Of a stretch of 64,000 nucleotides of DNA, positions 10,075 to 20,369 are shown piece by piece. How positions within the stretch are numbered: the first letter of the stretch is position 1; every line of letters starts with the position of its first letter. The translations under genes were made by a program, and so were the position numbers. The stretch is from assembly GCA_965204725.1 (NCBI GenBank), contig OZ242005.1, positions 4,320,001 to 4,384,000 on the forward strand, given 5' to 3'. Source of the DNA: Candidatus Latescibacterota bacterium. Lineage in GTDB: Bacteria; Latescibacterota; UBA2968; UBA8231. Under the pieces are notes generated by a model. It searched no databases and had not been told where the DNA came from. It saw only the letters and a program-made list of their open reading frames with translations.

Positions 10075-11448
10075 CTACTGAAAGAAGAGGGGATAAGGGG
10101 CGTTTTCGGCTTCGCGTTTGATCAGGTTTATCAACTCCATTGCGTGGTAGTCGCCCCACATGGCCGCCTCGCCGCACGGAATGGCGTGGCCCGGGGGCAC
10201 GTAGTCCCAGCCGTTGGGCCGATGGTAAATCGCGTGGAGGGTAATGCCTTGATGTTGGGGATCAACGGCGAGATACGGTTCCTCTAAGAGGGCGCGAGCA
10301 ATGGTGAAGGCCGCGGCGCGATAGCGCGTACCCTTTGCTTGGTCCCCCTTGGACAAATAGTAATTGCCCAAGCGCAAATACCCTTGGCCGCAGACGGCCG
10401 CGGCCGAGCTGTCGAGCGGTTCGATGTCGTTGTGCGGGTCGGAGGGCGCGTCGGTTATCGCGCCAAAAGAGGCGACCCCGGGCGCGCCGGTATCCCAAAA
10501 CGGTACGCCATCGGCAAAGCTGTTGGCGATGTGGAATTCCGCGGTGGCTACGGCGGCTTTTTCCATGATTTGCACCGCGTCGGCCTTGGTGCCGAAAGGC
10601 TCGACGTCGGCCTCGCTGAGAGCGGCGAAATACTCCAACTGCTCGGCGTAGCCAGCGAGCACCCACGATAGCCCGCGCGTCCAAGTCGAAAACGGGGTGT
10701 AGCCCTGTTGGGTGCTGGGGCAGCGGTACTGGCCGTCGCGGATGTTGAAGATGGATTCGTGGGCCACCCGGCCGGGCACGTCAAACGCATCGCGCCCTTC
10801 GCCGTAATAGACGTTGAAACGGGCGTTGGTCTGGGCGTGTTCAATCAAGCGGCCGAGCAGGCTAACGCGCTCGTCGCCTTCGCCCATCAGCGCGTGGCCG
10901 AGCTGGTGGGCAGTCCCCAAGATGCGCAGCGAACGCATGGTGTCGGCAAAGAGCGAATGCGGGCCGTTGAAGGAGTGGATAAAACCCGTGCCGTACGCGG
11001 TCTTGGTCCAGCGGGCGGCCTGCACGGCACCCGACAGCTTGAGGGCCAACTCGTAGAAGTCGAGCTCGCGCTGATCGTGCGGAATGCGGCCTTCGAGCAT
11101 CAGGCGGCGCAAGTTGCCATAGGTGGAGAGGTTGTTGAAGCCGTGGTCGTGGACGCCGATGTGCGAGACGTGCGGCGCCATCTGCGCGATGGTGCGGTCG
11201 CGCCCGAGCGCGAGAAAGCGCCCGTCGTCGACCATGTCGTACTGTAGAATGGCGCAGCCGTATTGGAACCCTTGGGTCCACTCGGTCCAGCCGCGGGTGG
11301 TGTACCGCCCCTGTTGGGTGAAAACCGGGGTGCCGCGATCTGGGTCCCAAGTGCGGTCGAGATCGAGAATCTTGGCACCGGTAAGGGCTAAAAAGCGCTG
11401 GATTGCTGGAAGGAGCTTTTGGGCGTTTAGGTCTAGGTCTGGTTTCAC
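10075..11448 (-). CDS. Glycoside hydrolase family 88-like (unsaturated glucuronyl hydrolase-like)
   Basis: GTG start with GAGAGG RBS; WTEWTQGF, HDHGF, WTRGLSW, DSSAAA, WGDYH motifs of the GH88 (alpha/alpha)6 barrel. Confidence 0.8.
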   Translation of the reverse strand: MKPDLDLNAQKLLPAIQRFLALTGAKILDLDRTWDPDRGTPVFTQQGRYTTRGWTEWTQGFQYGCAILQYDMVDDGRFLALGRDRTIAQMAPHVSHIGVHDHGFNNLSTYGNLRRLMLEGRIPHDQRELDFYELALKLSGAVQAARWTKTAYGTGFIHSFNGPHSLFADTMRSLRILGTAHQLGHALMGEGDERVSLLGRLIEHAQTNARFNVYYGEGRDAFDVPGRVAHESIFNIRDGQYRCPSTQQGYTPFSTWTRGLSWVLAGYAEQLEYFAALSEADVEPFGTKADAVQIMEKAAVATAEFHIANSFADGVPFWDTGAPGVASFGAITDAPSDPHNDIEPLDSSAAAVCGQGYLRLGNYYLSKGDQAKGTRYRAAAFTIARALLEEPYLAVDPQHQGITLHAIYHRPNGWDYVPPGHAIPCGEAAMWGDYHAMELINLIKREAENAPYPLFFQ

Positions 11449-11578
11449 AGCGGCTGTTCCTCTCGCTTGGGTTGCGAGAAGATAGGAGGAGGGTGGAGAT
11501 GGGTCAATGCGGATTGGTGAGGCGTTGGTTGCTTGCTTATTTTTACGCGCCGCACAGCCGAGGCCAAGGAGCAGCCAC

Positions 11579-14113
11579 GTGAGCATACCGAGTGAAGGCA
11601 TTGCCTTAAAAGTATCCGACACCGCGGGCATTACCCGCCGAGAGTACCCCCTGACAAGGGGCGTCCCCTTGCCCCAAGGTGCTGTCCTTCAGGCGAGCCA
11701 CCTGTCCTTGCAGGACGCACAGGGCCGGGATGTACCGCTGCAACTCCGGGTCTTAGGCCGCTGGCCGGACGGCAGCGCGAAGTGGGTCTTGTTAGACTTT
11801 CAGGCCAATGTGGAAGCGGGCAAAGAGGCCGTGTACACCTTGCAATACACCGAGGGCCAAAAAGCCGCGGCGAGCGTCCGCGGCGTGGAAATCGCCGAGC
11901 GAGCCGATCGCTTTGAGGTGTGTACCGGCCCCCTGCGATTTGGCGTTGGCAAAAAGGCATTCGCGCTTTTTGACGGAGTAGCGCTAGGGCAGCGCACCGC
12001 GGCGTCGTTTGTCGCCGCAGTCGAAGTTATGCCTCGGGGCGGCGGCGACGCTTGGGCCAAAATCTCCGAGTCCGAGTTCGCTGGCGGAACGCAGCGGCGC
12101 ATCTTCGGAATGGGGGGCCGATGTCTGGCGTCAGCGGGCGTGGAAGAATACGCCGTCGAAATCGAAGAGGCCGGCCCCTTGCGGGCGGTAATTTGCTGCC
12201 GCGGAGCCTACGAATCAACCGCGCCGATGCACCACTATGCCGGCTATCGCCCGCTGCGCTTTGCAACGCGGATATACGCCTATGCTGGCAAGGCGCAGGT
12301 GCGGGTGGTCCACACCGTTGTCGCTACCTGCAATCCGCGCGAGACCGAGGTTGAGGAGTTGGGCTTGCGCGTCCCGCTCTCGCCCGAAGGCCGTGGAACT
12401 TGGCGCGTTGGGGCCGGGCGGGTCCTAGCAGGGCCTTGGGTCCCCGAGTGCTACGCCTTGCTCTCGCAGCGGCTGGACAATCACTTCTATTGGGAGGAGT
12501 ACGAAGGCGTTGAGCGCACCGTGCGGGCCGAAGGCGCGCGTGCGGCCGGCTGGATTTGCGCCGAGAACGACCGCGCCGGCGTCGGCGTCGCGTTGCGCTA
12601 TATGGCCGAAGAGTATCCCAAGGCCCTCGGCGTAGGGCCTCAAGGCGTCGATGTCTTTTTTTGGCGCGACCCAGCGGGCCGCCGGCTCAGTTTCAAACGC
12701 TACGCCGAGGAGGTCGCTTGGCACGAGGGCGAAGGGGTCTATGCCGACGGCACGGGCACCGCCAAGAGCAGCGAATTTTTCGTTGACTTTTTTCGCGCTG
12801 GGGCCGCCGACAGCGAGCGGTTGCAGGGCCTTTTGCACCCGCCACAGGTGAGCGTCGAGCCGGATTGGGTGGTGCGGAGCGGGGCGGTCGGCGGCTTGGC
12901 AACCGGCGCGGAGTTTCCGCGCGCCGACCGCATGTTGACCGGCTTTGTCGCTTGGATGGAAAGGCACATCGAGCGCTATCGCTGGAAGGGGTTTTTCGAT
13001 TGGGGCGACGTCATGGCCACTTGGGAAGAGAGCGCGGGAGGCTGGCGTTTTAAGGGCCGCTGGGGTTGGTGCAACAGCGAATGGGATCCGCGCCACGCCG
13101 TGTGGTTGCAGTACTTGCGCACGGGCGAGGGGCGCTACTACGCGCTCGGCGAGGCCATGACCCGGCACTCGCTAGACGTAGATACCTGCCACTATCACCC
13201 GTTTCGGCCCTACATGGTCGGCGGCTGTTTCCGCCACAGCATGGACCACTTTGGCGACGAGCCGTGCGCTTCGCACACCTTTATCGACAATTGGGTGGAT
13301 TACTACTACTTGAGCGGCGACGAGCGGGCGCGGGAGGTTTTGCGCGAGGCCGGGGAATTTTTCCTGCGCTATCGCTGGAGCGAGGACCCGCGTTATAGCT
13401 TCAGCTTGCGCTCCATCGGCAACGCGCTGCGGGGCTTGCTCTACCTGTATGAGCTAACCGGCGAAGCGCGCTTTATGCGCCGAGCCGAAGCGATATACGA
13501 CGCGGTGGCTCGCGGTCAAAACAAAGACGGCAGTTGGCACAAGCGCTTCCAAGTATCCACAGCGGACAAGCTGCCCGACCAAGGGCCGTACGGCATGGCT
13601 ACCGAGGGCACAACTCTCGCAGTGGAAATGGGCACGGCGGTCCCGTTTAGCGACGAAGAGTTCCTCGCGCTGGGGGGCAGCTTTAGCTCGTTGAAGCGGG
13701 TTTTGCCCTCCGAGGAGCAAAAGGGCTATCAGACTCACTATTTGATGGTTGGGCTGGAGCGGCTCCACCGCATGACCGAGCGCGCGGATGTGGCCGAGGT
13801 CTTCGTGCGGGCTGTCGATTGGTTTTGCGGCGGCCAAGACGCGTTCGACGCCGAGGTTGCCTGCGCCCAAAGCTATCACGGCGTCCTGTGCGGCTCGCTG
13901 GCGTACGCTTGGCGGCTGACCGGAAAGCGCGGCTATCTGGAGGTGGGGCGCGCAGTGCTCGCCGAATTGATCGCCCAGCAAGACTGGAGCGACCGCCCGG
14001 ATTACCGGGGCGCGGTGGTCATGCACCCGACCGCGTTGAGCTTAGTGTTCTTTGGGGTGCCGCCGCTCTTGGGGGCACTCGCAGAAGCAGACTTGGAGGA
14101 ACCATCATGCTAG
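11579..14113 (+). CDS. YetA/PcRGLX-like protein (RIFT barrel N-terminus + alpha/alpha barrel), putative polysaccharide lyase/hydrolase
   Basis: GTG start after AAGGAG; PLTRGVPLPQG...LGRWPDGSAKWVLLDF, EEAGPLRA, GFFDWGD, WCNSE, RHSLDVD. Confidence 0.7.
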   Translation: MSIPSEGIALKVSDTAGITRREYPLTRGVPLPQGAVLQASHLSLQDAQGRDVPLQLRVLGRWPDGSAKWVLLDFQANVEAGKEAVYTLQYTEGQKAAASVRGVEIAERADRFEVCTGPLRFGVGKKAFALFDGVALGQRTAASFVAAVEVMPRGGGDAWAKISESEFAGGTQRRIFGMGGRCLASAGVEEYAVEIEEAGPLRAVICCRGAYESTAPMHHYAGYRPLRFATRIYAYAGKAQVRVVHTVVATCNPRETEVEELGLRVPLSPEGRGTWRVGAGRVLAGPWVPECYALLSQRLDNHFYWEEYEGVERTVRAEGARAAGWICAENDRAGVGVALRYMAEEYPKALGVGPQGVDVFFWRDPAGRRLSFKRYAEEVAWHEGEGVYADGTGTAKSSEFFVDFFRAGAADSERLQGLLHPPQVSVEPDWVVRSGAVGGLATGAEFPRADRMLTGFVAWMERHIERYRWKGFFDWGDVMATWEESAGGWRFKGRWGWCNSEWDPRHAVWLQYLRTGEGRYYALGEAMTRHSLDVDTCHYHPFRPYMVGGCFRHSMDHFGDEPCASHTFIDNWVDYYYLSGDERAREVLREAGEFFLRYRWSEDPRYSFSLRSIGNALRGLLYLYELTGEARFMRRAEAIYDAVARGQNKDGSWHKRFQVSTADKLPDQGPYGMATEGTTLAVEMGTAVPFSDEEFLALGGSFSSLKRVLPSEEQKGYQTHYLMVGLERLHRMTERADVAEVFVRAVDWFCGGQDAFDAEVACAQSYHGVLCGSLAYAWRLTGKRGYLEVGRAVLAELIAQQDWSDRPDYRGAVVMHPTALSLVFFGVPPLLGALAEADLEEPSC

Positions 14114-15600
14114 AGCGACCCAATATCATCCTGATCATGACCGACCAACAGCGCTTCGATTCTATCGGTGCTTGGGGGTACGACTACGCGATCACGCCGG
14201 CCATGGACCGCTTGGCCGCCGAGGGGCTTTCCTTTCGCAACGCCTTTTGCCCGGGTGCGACCTGCATTGCCTCGCGGGCGGCGATCTTCACGGGTATGTA
14301 CCCGCACAATACTGGCGTGTACAGCTTTGACCACTGGGCCGATCACCGCAACTGGGTCCAAGACCTCAACGACGCGGGGTATCACTGCGTCAACATCGGC
14401 AAGATGCACTTTGCGCCGCGCGATGTGGCCGGGGGCTTTCACGAGCGGGTCATCGTGGAGAACCCCACCAGCAGATACCTCCACTCGGGCAGTGCCGACG
14501 ACGATTGGGGCCGCTATCTGCGGATTCACGGCTTAGAACGGCCCAACGACCGGAACAAGACCGACCCCGATTGGCTGCGGAAATACCAAGGCGTCCCTTG
14601 GCACTTGGAAGAGCGCTTTCACTCGGATGTCTTTATCGGCGACTCAGCCCTTGCATGGGTTCGCGCGTACCAAGGCCGGTTGCCGTTTTTCTTGCAAATA
14701 GGTTTTACCGGCCCGCACGAGCCGTGGGACCCGCTGCCGCGGCATCTGGAGCAGTACGCCGGCCGTCCAATGCCCCCGTGCGTGATGCGCGATGGCGAGC
14801 TAGCGGACAAGCCGCCCCAGCACGAGGCGCAGCGAAAGACGCACGCGACGACCGAGCACGAGTCCGCGATCGACATGTACTCGGCCAGCGAAGAGGACAT
14901 CGCCCACATGCGGCGGCACTACTACGCCAAAATCACCACGGTAGATGAGAAACTAGGCGAGGTCCTCGACGCGCTTGAGGCACGGGGGTTCTTGGACAAC
15001 AGCCTGCTGATCTTCTGCTCGGATCACGGCGAACTGTTGGGCGATCACGGGCTGGCGTACAAATGGCTGATGTACGACCCGGTGGTACACGTGCCGCTAA
15101 TTGTGCGCGACAGCACTCGGGCGCAACAGGGCGGCGAAATCAACGACTTGGTCTCGCTAATGGATTTGGGGCCGACGATCCTAGAAGCGGCTGGCGTGGC
15201 GGTGCCCAGCTATCTAGAGGGACGCTCGTTGCGGCCCTATTTGGAGGGGGCCGCCGATTGCACCCCGCGCAAGTGGGTGTTCAGCGAGGACAACTATCAG
15301 GTGATGATGCGCGGCCAGCGGCACAAAATGGTCTATTACATCGGCCAAGACCAAGGCGAGCTATACGACTTGGAGCAGGACCCGCACGAGCTGTGGAACC
15401 TCTGGGGCCGCGCCGAGCATCAAGCACTGCAAAACGAGTTGCTGTCCCATCTACTCGGCTGGCTCACCGCGAGCACGTACTACAATGCTGGCTACCGCCG
15501 CCAGCGCAGCCGGCAATACGCAATGCGCTGGCCGCGCCCGGACGACGCGTTTTTACACGGGTCCCGAGGGCGGCCGGTGCCGCGGTCGTTTGATCTCTAA
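14107..15600 (+). CDS. Sulfatase (CxAxR type)
   Basis: RPNIILIMTDQQR, CIASRAAIFTG, GKMH, SDHGELLGDH; GGAGG RBS; overlaps the upstream stop. Confidence 0.93.
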   Translation: MLERPNIILIMTDQQRFDSIGAWGYDYAITPAMDRLAAEGLSFRNAFCPGATCIASRAAIFTGMYPHNTGVYSFDHWADHRNWVQDLNDAGYHCVNIGKMHFAPRDVAGGFHERVIVENPTSRYLHSGSADDDWGRYLRIHGLERPNDRNKTDPDWLRKYQGVPWHLEERFHSDVFIGDSALAWVRAYQGRLPFFLQIGFTGPHEPWDPLPRHLEQYAGRPMPPCVMRDGELADKPPQHEAQRKTHATTEHESAIDMYSASEEDIAHMRRHYYAKITTVDEKLGEVLDALEARGFLDNSLLIFCSDHGELLGDHGLAYKWLMYDPVVHVPLIVRDSTRAQQGGEINDLVSLMDLGPTILEAAGVAVPSYLEGRSLRPYLEGAADCTPRKWVFSEDNYQVMMRGQRHKMVYYIGQDQGELYDLEQDPHELWNLWGRAEHQALQNELLSHLLGWLTASTYYNAGYRRQRSRQYAMRWPRPDDAFLHGSRGRPVPRSFDL

Positions 15601-17827
15601 ATCACTGCATTACGGGACGGCCGCGGCCCTTTGCCTGCTCCTAGGGGCGGGGTTGCGCTTTGCGGGCCTGACGCGGGGCACAAGCGACTTCGTCTTGCCC
15701 GAGGCGCAGCAGCAGGGCGTCGAGCGGGCTTTTTATACCTTTCACCCCGATGAAGAAACCCTGATTCGCGCCGCCCTTACCCTCGACTGGCAAAGCCCTT
15801 TCGACCCACCATTTACATCTTATGGCCTGTTGCCGCTGTATCTAGCCCGCACGGTGTTAGTCGGGGTACCAGTAGTCAACGAGGGACCCGAGGCGCGGGA
15901 GTGGTCCTGGCGCGTGTCGGGGCTTGTCACGCTGGCCGACCCCGAGGCGCGGCGGCGAATATATCTACGGGTGCGGGTGCTGGCGGCCTTAGTCGGCTGT
16001 GCGCTGCCGGCCTTGGTCTTAGTGTTAGGGCAACGCCTCCTAGGACCGACCCCGGCCCTTTTAGCGGCCTCCTTTGTGGCGTTTGCCCCGCTAGCGGTGC
16101 AGCAGGCGCATTTTTTTACGGTGGATGGGTTCTTTGCGTTTTTCGCTCTGGTGTTCTTTTGCGCCTTGCATTGGGCACTGGAACGGCCCACATACAGCCG
16201 CTACGTCTTGGTCGGCCTAGCAATCGGCGCGGCCGCGGCCGTGCGGCTCAACGGCATGGCCTTGGGACTGGCCCTGATAGTGGGGCACTGCGCGGAAGGC
16301 GGTTGGCGACAAGTTCCTTTGCGGCTCAGGGACCTCAAGCTCTGGGCCGCAGCCCTTGCGGCGTTGGGCTTACTCTTGGTGTTGCAACCGTATTTGCTCT
16401 GGGCACCCGAGCGGCTGTGGCAAAAAATCTCCGTCGATGACTTCGCCTATGTCGTGGACGTCGTTGTTCGGGGCACGATACTTGTGCCGTTTTCCTTAGC
16501 CGATATGCACACGGTGCCGTATCTCCACTTCTGGACCCACCTTTGGCCCCAAGGGGTAGGCTGGCCTCTGACCCTTGGGTTCGCCGGAGGGATGCTGTGG
16601 GTGCTGTGGCACCGCCGGAAGGGCGAACTGCCCGCGCTCGTCTGGTGTCTGGTATCCCTAGCGATGATAGGCGATATGCACTCCAAGTACATCCGCTACG
16701 TACTGCCCCTATTGCCTTTGCTAAGCCTTTTTGCCGCCGGTCTGTGTCAAGTGCTCTGGCGACGCGCCATGCTGGTCGGCGGTGCCGTTGCGGCGGTTCT
16801 CTTAGGCTATACGGCTTTCTACGGGTTGGCCTTTACCCGCATCTACCTTGAAGAGGACAGCCGGATTCAGGCCGGTCGCTTTCTCTCCGCCCACGCCGAG
16901 GACGGGGCGCGAATCGGCGTGGAAAGCGGGGGGTTTAGCATGAAGTCGCTAATTTCGGGTGGCCGCTATGTTCCCGTGAACTCTGAGTCACTCTTTTGGA
17001 TGCGTCACTACCTGAGTTGTACGGCAGCGGCCGACGTCCTTTGGATCAGCGTAAGGCAAATGGACTATATCGCCGCTATTGATGTCAATCGCTATCGCCA
17101 GTTCGTGGCCGTACCGGCATTGCTCCCCGCCGCCCATTCGTTTTACCGGAACCTGTGGAGCGGCGAACTGGGGTTTGAACGAATGAATCGCTTCAAGGTC
17201 TATCCCCATGCGCTCGGAGTCACCCTGATGGACGACGAGGCCGAGGTCTCGTTTCTGGGATACGACCATCCGGCCGTGCTCGTTTTCCGGCGGCAAGCTA
17301 CTAGTGTAGAAGAACTGGAAAAGCACTGGGTCGCTTGGCAACAGCAATTTTTACAGGATGAACGCTGCGCCGACCGCCTGCTCGCCCAAGCTGCTGACCA
17401 CTTCCGCGCAGGCGCCTATCACAAGACGCTGGCGGCACTCGACCTAGTACTCGCGTCCTACCCTCAGATGCACACTGCGCACTTGTTGCAGGCCTTCGCT
17501 TCCGAGCAAATAGGAGCCGAGAAATTGAGGACCCAAGCGGCGCAAAAATTTGTGGCCGGCTACGACGAAGACAACGGTTTCCTAGTGCCTTGGGCGGCAG
17601 CGACCACCTCACTAACCCTCGGCCTGCCCGATGTGGCACTTTCCGCCCTAGACCACGGGGTCCAGCTAAACGAGCAACTAACGGACATAGAAAACAACCA
17701 AATGGCCACATCCTATCTCTACGCCGGCCTACAAGCACAGGAGCTTGGCTACTTGAGCCAAGCCGACGAGATCTACGACATGGCCGCTGCTTTGCGGCGT
17801 ACCGAGAAGAAAGTGCCGGTTGAATAA
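15590..17827 (+). CDS. GT-C fold (ArnT/PMT, GT39-like) membrane glycosyltransferase with C-terminal TPR-like helices
   Basis: FHPDE luminal motif, QQAHFFTVD, many TM helices, RYVLPLLP, YDHP; TTG start overlapping the sulfatase stop. Confidence 0.75.
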   Translation: MISKSLHYGTAAALCLLLGAGLRFAGLTRGTSDFVLPEAQQQGVERAFYTFHPDEETLIRAALTLDWQSPFDPPFTSYGLLPLYLARTVLVGVPVVNEGPEAREWSWRVSGLVTLADPEARRRIYLRVRVLAALVGCALPALVLVLGQRLLGPTPALLAASFVAFAPLAVQQAHFFTVDGFFAFFALVFFCALHWALERPTYSRYVLVGLAIGAAAAVRLNGMALGLALIVGHCAEGGWRQVPLRLRDLKLWAAALAALGLLLVLQPYLLWAPERLWQKISVDDFAYVVDVVVRGTILVPFSLADMHTVPYLHFWTHLWPQGVGWPLTLGFAGGMLWVLWHRRKGELPALVWCLVSLAMIGDMHSKYIRYVLPLLPLLSLFAAGLCQVLWRRAMLVGGAVAAVLLGYTAFYGLAFTRIYLEEDSRIQAGRFLSAHAEDGARIGVESGGFSMKSLISGGRYVPVNSESLFWMRHYLSCTAAADVLWISVRQMDYIAAIDVNRYRQFVAVPALLPAAHSFYRNLWSGELGFERMNRFKVYPHALGVTLMDDEAEVSFLGYDHPAVLVFRRQATSVEELEKHWVAWQQQFLQDERCADRLLAQAADHFRAGAYHKTLAALDLVLASYPQMHTAHLLQAFASEQIGAEKLRTQAAQKFVAGYDEDNGFLVPWAAATTSLTLGLPDVALSALDHGVQLNEQLTDIENNQMATSYLYAGLQAQELGYLSQADEIYDMAAALRRTEKKVPVE

Positions 17828-17846
17828 TGAGCCGACCGACTTATTC

Positions 17847-18524
17847 CTAGCGGGCCAAGAAGCTGGCGAGGAGATCAACGGCGGCAGTCCGGTCCATTTT
17901 GCCGGTGTTGATCGTCAAGTCGTAGAGCAGGGGATCGTTCCAGTCGGCTTGATGGAAGTTGCGCAGGTAGCTCTGGCGCCATTGGTCGTGTTGCTCGATG
18001 AGCTTCTGCGCTTGCTCGCGATCTACGTCGCGGCTTTGGATCAGTCGTTCGATCCGCGTTTCGAGCGGGGCGATGATTTTGACGTGGTAGGCATTGGGAT
18101 GATCGGCGAGGATGACTTGGCTGGCCCGGCCGACGACGACCGCTTGGCCGCTTTGGCCGAAATCCTGCACGAGGGTCGTGATGAGCAGCTGATACGTGCC
18201 GCGGTCGAGGTACGTCGCTTCGCCCATCTCGTGCTCGCGTATGTGGGGAAACTCGAGCCCAAACTCGGGCGCGTACGCGGCAGCCGATAGGGGAAAAGTC
18301 CCCGGAGCGACTTCGGGCACGAGCAATTTCTTGAGAAAGAACCTGAGCCGACCCTCCCCCTTTTCGTCGTAACGCTCAACCTCTTCAACCGAGGTGTCGG
18401 TGATGCTGGCGATCTCTTCGACGAGGCGGCGGTCTATGAGTTCGTAGTCTAGCTTGGTAGCCAACTGCTCGGCGATCCAGTCGCCAAAGCTGCCGAGCTG
18501 ACGGGCAACTGTGATGACAGTCAT
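17847..18524 (-). CDS. Cytidylate kinase-like family protein
   Basis: MTVITVARQLGSFG, VVVGRASQVIL, YDLTINT. Confidence 0.85.
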   Translation of the reverse strand: MTVITVARQLGSFGDWIAEQLATKLDYELIDRRLVEEIASITDTSVEEVERYDEKGEGRLRFFLKKLLVPEVAPGTFPLSAAAYAPEFGLEFPHIREHEMGEATYLDRGTYQLLITTLVQDFGQSGQAVVVGRASQVILADHPNAYHVKIIAPLETRIERLIQSRDVDREQAQKLIEQHDQWRQSYLRNFHQADWNDPLLYDLTINTGKMDRTAAVDLLASFLAR

Positions 18525-18597
18525 GGCGAGTCTCTTAGGTTGGAAGTGCGCAAATGCACTCACTTTAAGAGAGTATAAAAGGCAGGCGTTCTTCGTG

Positions 18598-19692
18598 TCA
18601 ACGCTGTCCCGGCCGGCCCAGCTTTGGTCCCAAGCGAATAGAATGGGTTTTGACGAGGCAGTAGATCGGGTCGCCAATGCCGAGTTGCATTTCCTCAATG
18701 GCTTCCGGGGTCGTCTTGGCGGCCAGCCGACACCCGACATCCACGTAGATGAGTTGTTTCCCCTCCACATCGGCGATTGCGCGGATGGTTCCCTGCAACG
18801 CATTGCGGACGCTCAGCCCTTCGGGGCGCTGGCGGGCGAGGACGATGTCGTCGGCGCGGATGCCGATGAAGAGGCGGCTGCCTACGGGTTGATCAAAGTA
18901 GGGGATTTTGAGCCGCTGACCGTGGCACCGGACCTCGCAGACGCCCCGCTCCGCATCGGTCGCCGCGATTTCCACGTCGAGGACGTTTTCAAAGCCGTGC
19001 TCTTCAACTAGCGGCAGGACTTGGGGGTGAGCGGCGATGTCAAAAAAGTCGCCGTGCGCTACTACTTGGCCCCGGTCGAGGACTACGACTTGGCTGGTGA
19101 GTTCGAGGATTTCGGCGACCGAGTGGCTGACGTAGAGAATGGGAATCTGGAGGGCGTCGCGCACGTGGCACAGGTAGGGGATGATGCGGTTTTTGAGGCC
19201 CTGATCAAGCGAGGCTAGCGGCTCGTCCATCAGCAGCAGGCGCGGGGAAGCAAGCAGGGCACGGCCCAAGGCGACGCGCTGGCGCTCGCCACCGGACAGG
19301 TGCCGCGGCCGGCGCTTGAGCAGAGCACCGATTTCGAGCAAATCGACGATCTGGTCCAAGGCAAAGCGGCGCGCTGTCGTCGGCAGCAGATCGCGACCAT
19401 AGCGGAGGTTTTCCTCGGTGCTCAGGTGTGGAAAGAGCAAGTCGTCTTGAAACACGTAGCCAATGCGGCGGTGCTCAGGCGGCCTATCAATGCGCTGGGT
19501 CGAGGAGAAGAGGGTTTGGCCGTCCAAGGATATTTCGCCGCTGTCCGGTCGCGCCAGTCCGGCGACCACGTTGAGCAGCGAGGTCTTGCCCGCGCCCGAT
19601 GGGCCGTAGATGGCGGTGACCGCGTGGTGGCACTCGATATCGACGTCGAGCGCGAAGGGGCCTAGCTGGCGTTGAGCGCGAAGGCGCAGCAT
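18598..19692 (-). CDS. modC: Molybdate ABC transporter ATP-binding subunit
   Basis: GPSGAGKTS, RRIGYVFQD, LSGGERQRVALGRAL, C-terminal TOBE/Mop (SVRNAL). Confidence 0.93.
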   Translation of the reverse strand: MLRLRAQRQLGPFALDVDIECHHAVTAIYGPSGAGKTSLLNVVAGLARPDSGEISLDGQTLFSSTQRIDRPPEHRRIGYVFQDDLLFPHLSTEENLRYGRDLLPTTARRFALDQIVDLLEIGALLKRRPRHLSGGERQRVALGRALLASPRLLLMDEPLASLDQGLKNRIIPYLCHVRDALQIPILYVSHSVAEILELTSQVVVLDRGQVVAHGDFFDIAAHPQVLPLVEEHGFENVLDVEIAATDAERGVCEVRCHGQRLKIPYFDQPVGSRLFIGIRADDIVLARQRPEGLSVRNALQGTIRAIADVEGKQLIYVDVGCRLAAKTTPEAIEEMQLGIGDPIYCLVKTHSIRLGPKLGRPGQR

Positions 19693-19694
19693 TG

Positions 19695-20369
19695 CTAGCT
19701 CGAACGCAGGCGACGGGCCGACCACTCGCTGGCCATGAGTGCCAGCAGCGAAAGCGCGACCGAGAGCAAGACCAGCCCGGCCGCCCGGCCTTCTCCGTCC
19801 GGTTGGTTGAGGTACGAGTAAATGGCTAACGGGATGGTGCGCGTCTGCCCGGCGATGTTGGCCGCAAAAGTGATGGTCGCGCCGAACTCGCCCAACGAGC
19901 GGGCAAAGCTCAACAGCGAGCCGACCAGCAAGCTAGGAGCGGCGAGGCGCAAGGTCACGGTCAGAAAGGCGCGCACTGGACCCGCTCCGAGGGTGCGGGC
20001 GACGCGCTCTAGGCGCGGCTCTACGCTCTCAATCCCGAGGCGTACGGAGCGCAGCATCAGGGGAAAGCCGACCACGGCCGAGGCCAGCACCGCGCCCTTC
20101 CAGTCGAAGGCCAACTGGAGGTCGAGGGCGGCCAGCACCGGGCCAAAGAGGCCGCCGCGGCCAAAAAGCAACAGGAGCAAGTAGCCAGTGACCACGGGTG
20201 GCAGGACCAGCGGTAAGTGACAGAGGCCATCGAGTGCGATCTTGAGCGGAAACTCCCGCCGAGCCAGCAGCCAGCCCAGCAGCACGGCCGGCACCAAACT
20301 CAGCAACACGCAGCACAAGGCCACGCGCAGCGAGAGCAAGAGGACCTGTACTTCCTCAGCGCTCAACAC
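19695..20369 (-). CDS. modB: Molybdate ABC transporter permease
   Basis: LPLVLPPVVTGYLLL, FARSLGEFGATITFAANI.GQTRTIPLAIY. Confidence 0.95.
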   Translation of the reverse strand: MLSAEEVQVLLLSLRVALCCVLLSLVPAVLLGWLLARREFPLKIALDGLCHLPLVLPPVVTGYLLLLLFGRGGLFGPVLAALDLQLAFDWKGAVLASAVVGFPLMLRSVRLGIESVEPRLERVARTLGAGPVRAFLTVTLRLAAPSLLVGSLLSFARSLGEFGATITFAANIAGQTRTIPLAIYSYLNQPDGEGRAAGLVLLSVALSLLALMASEWSARRLRSS

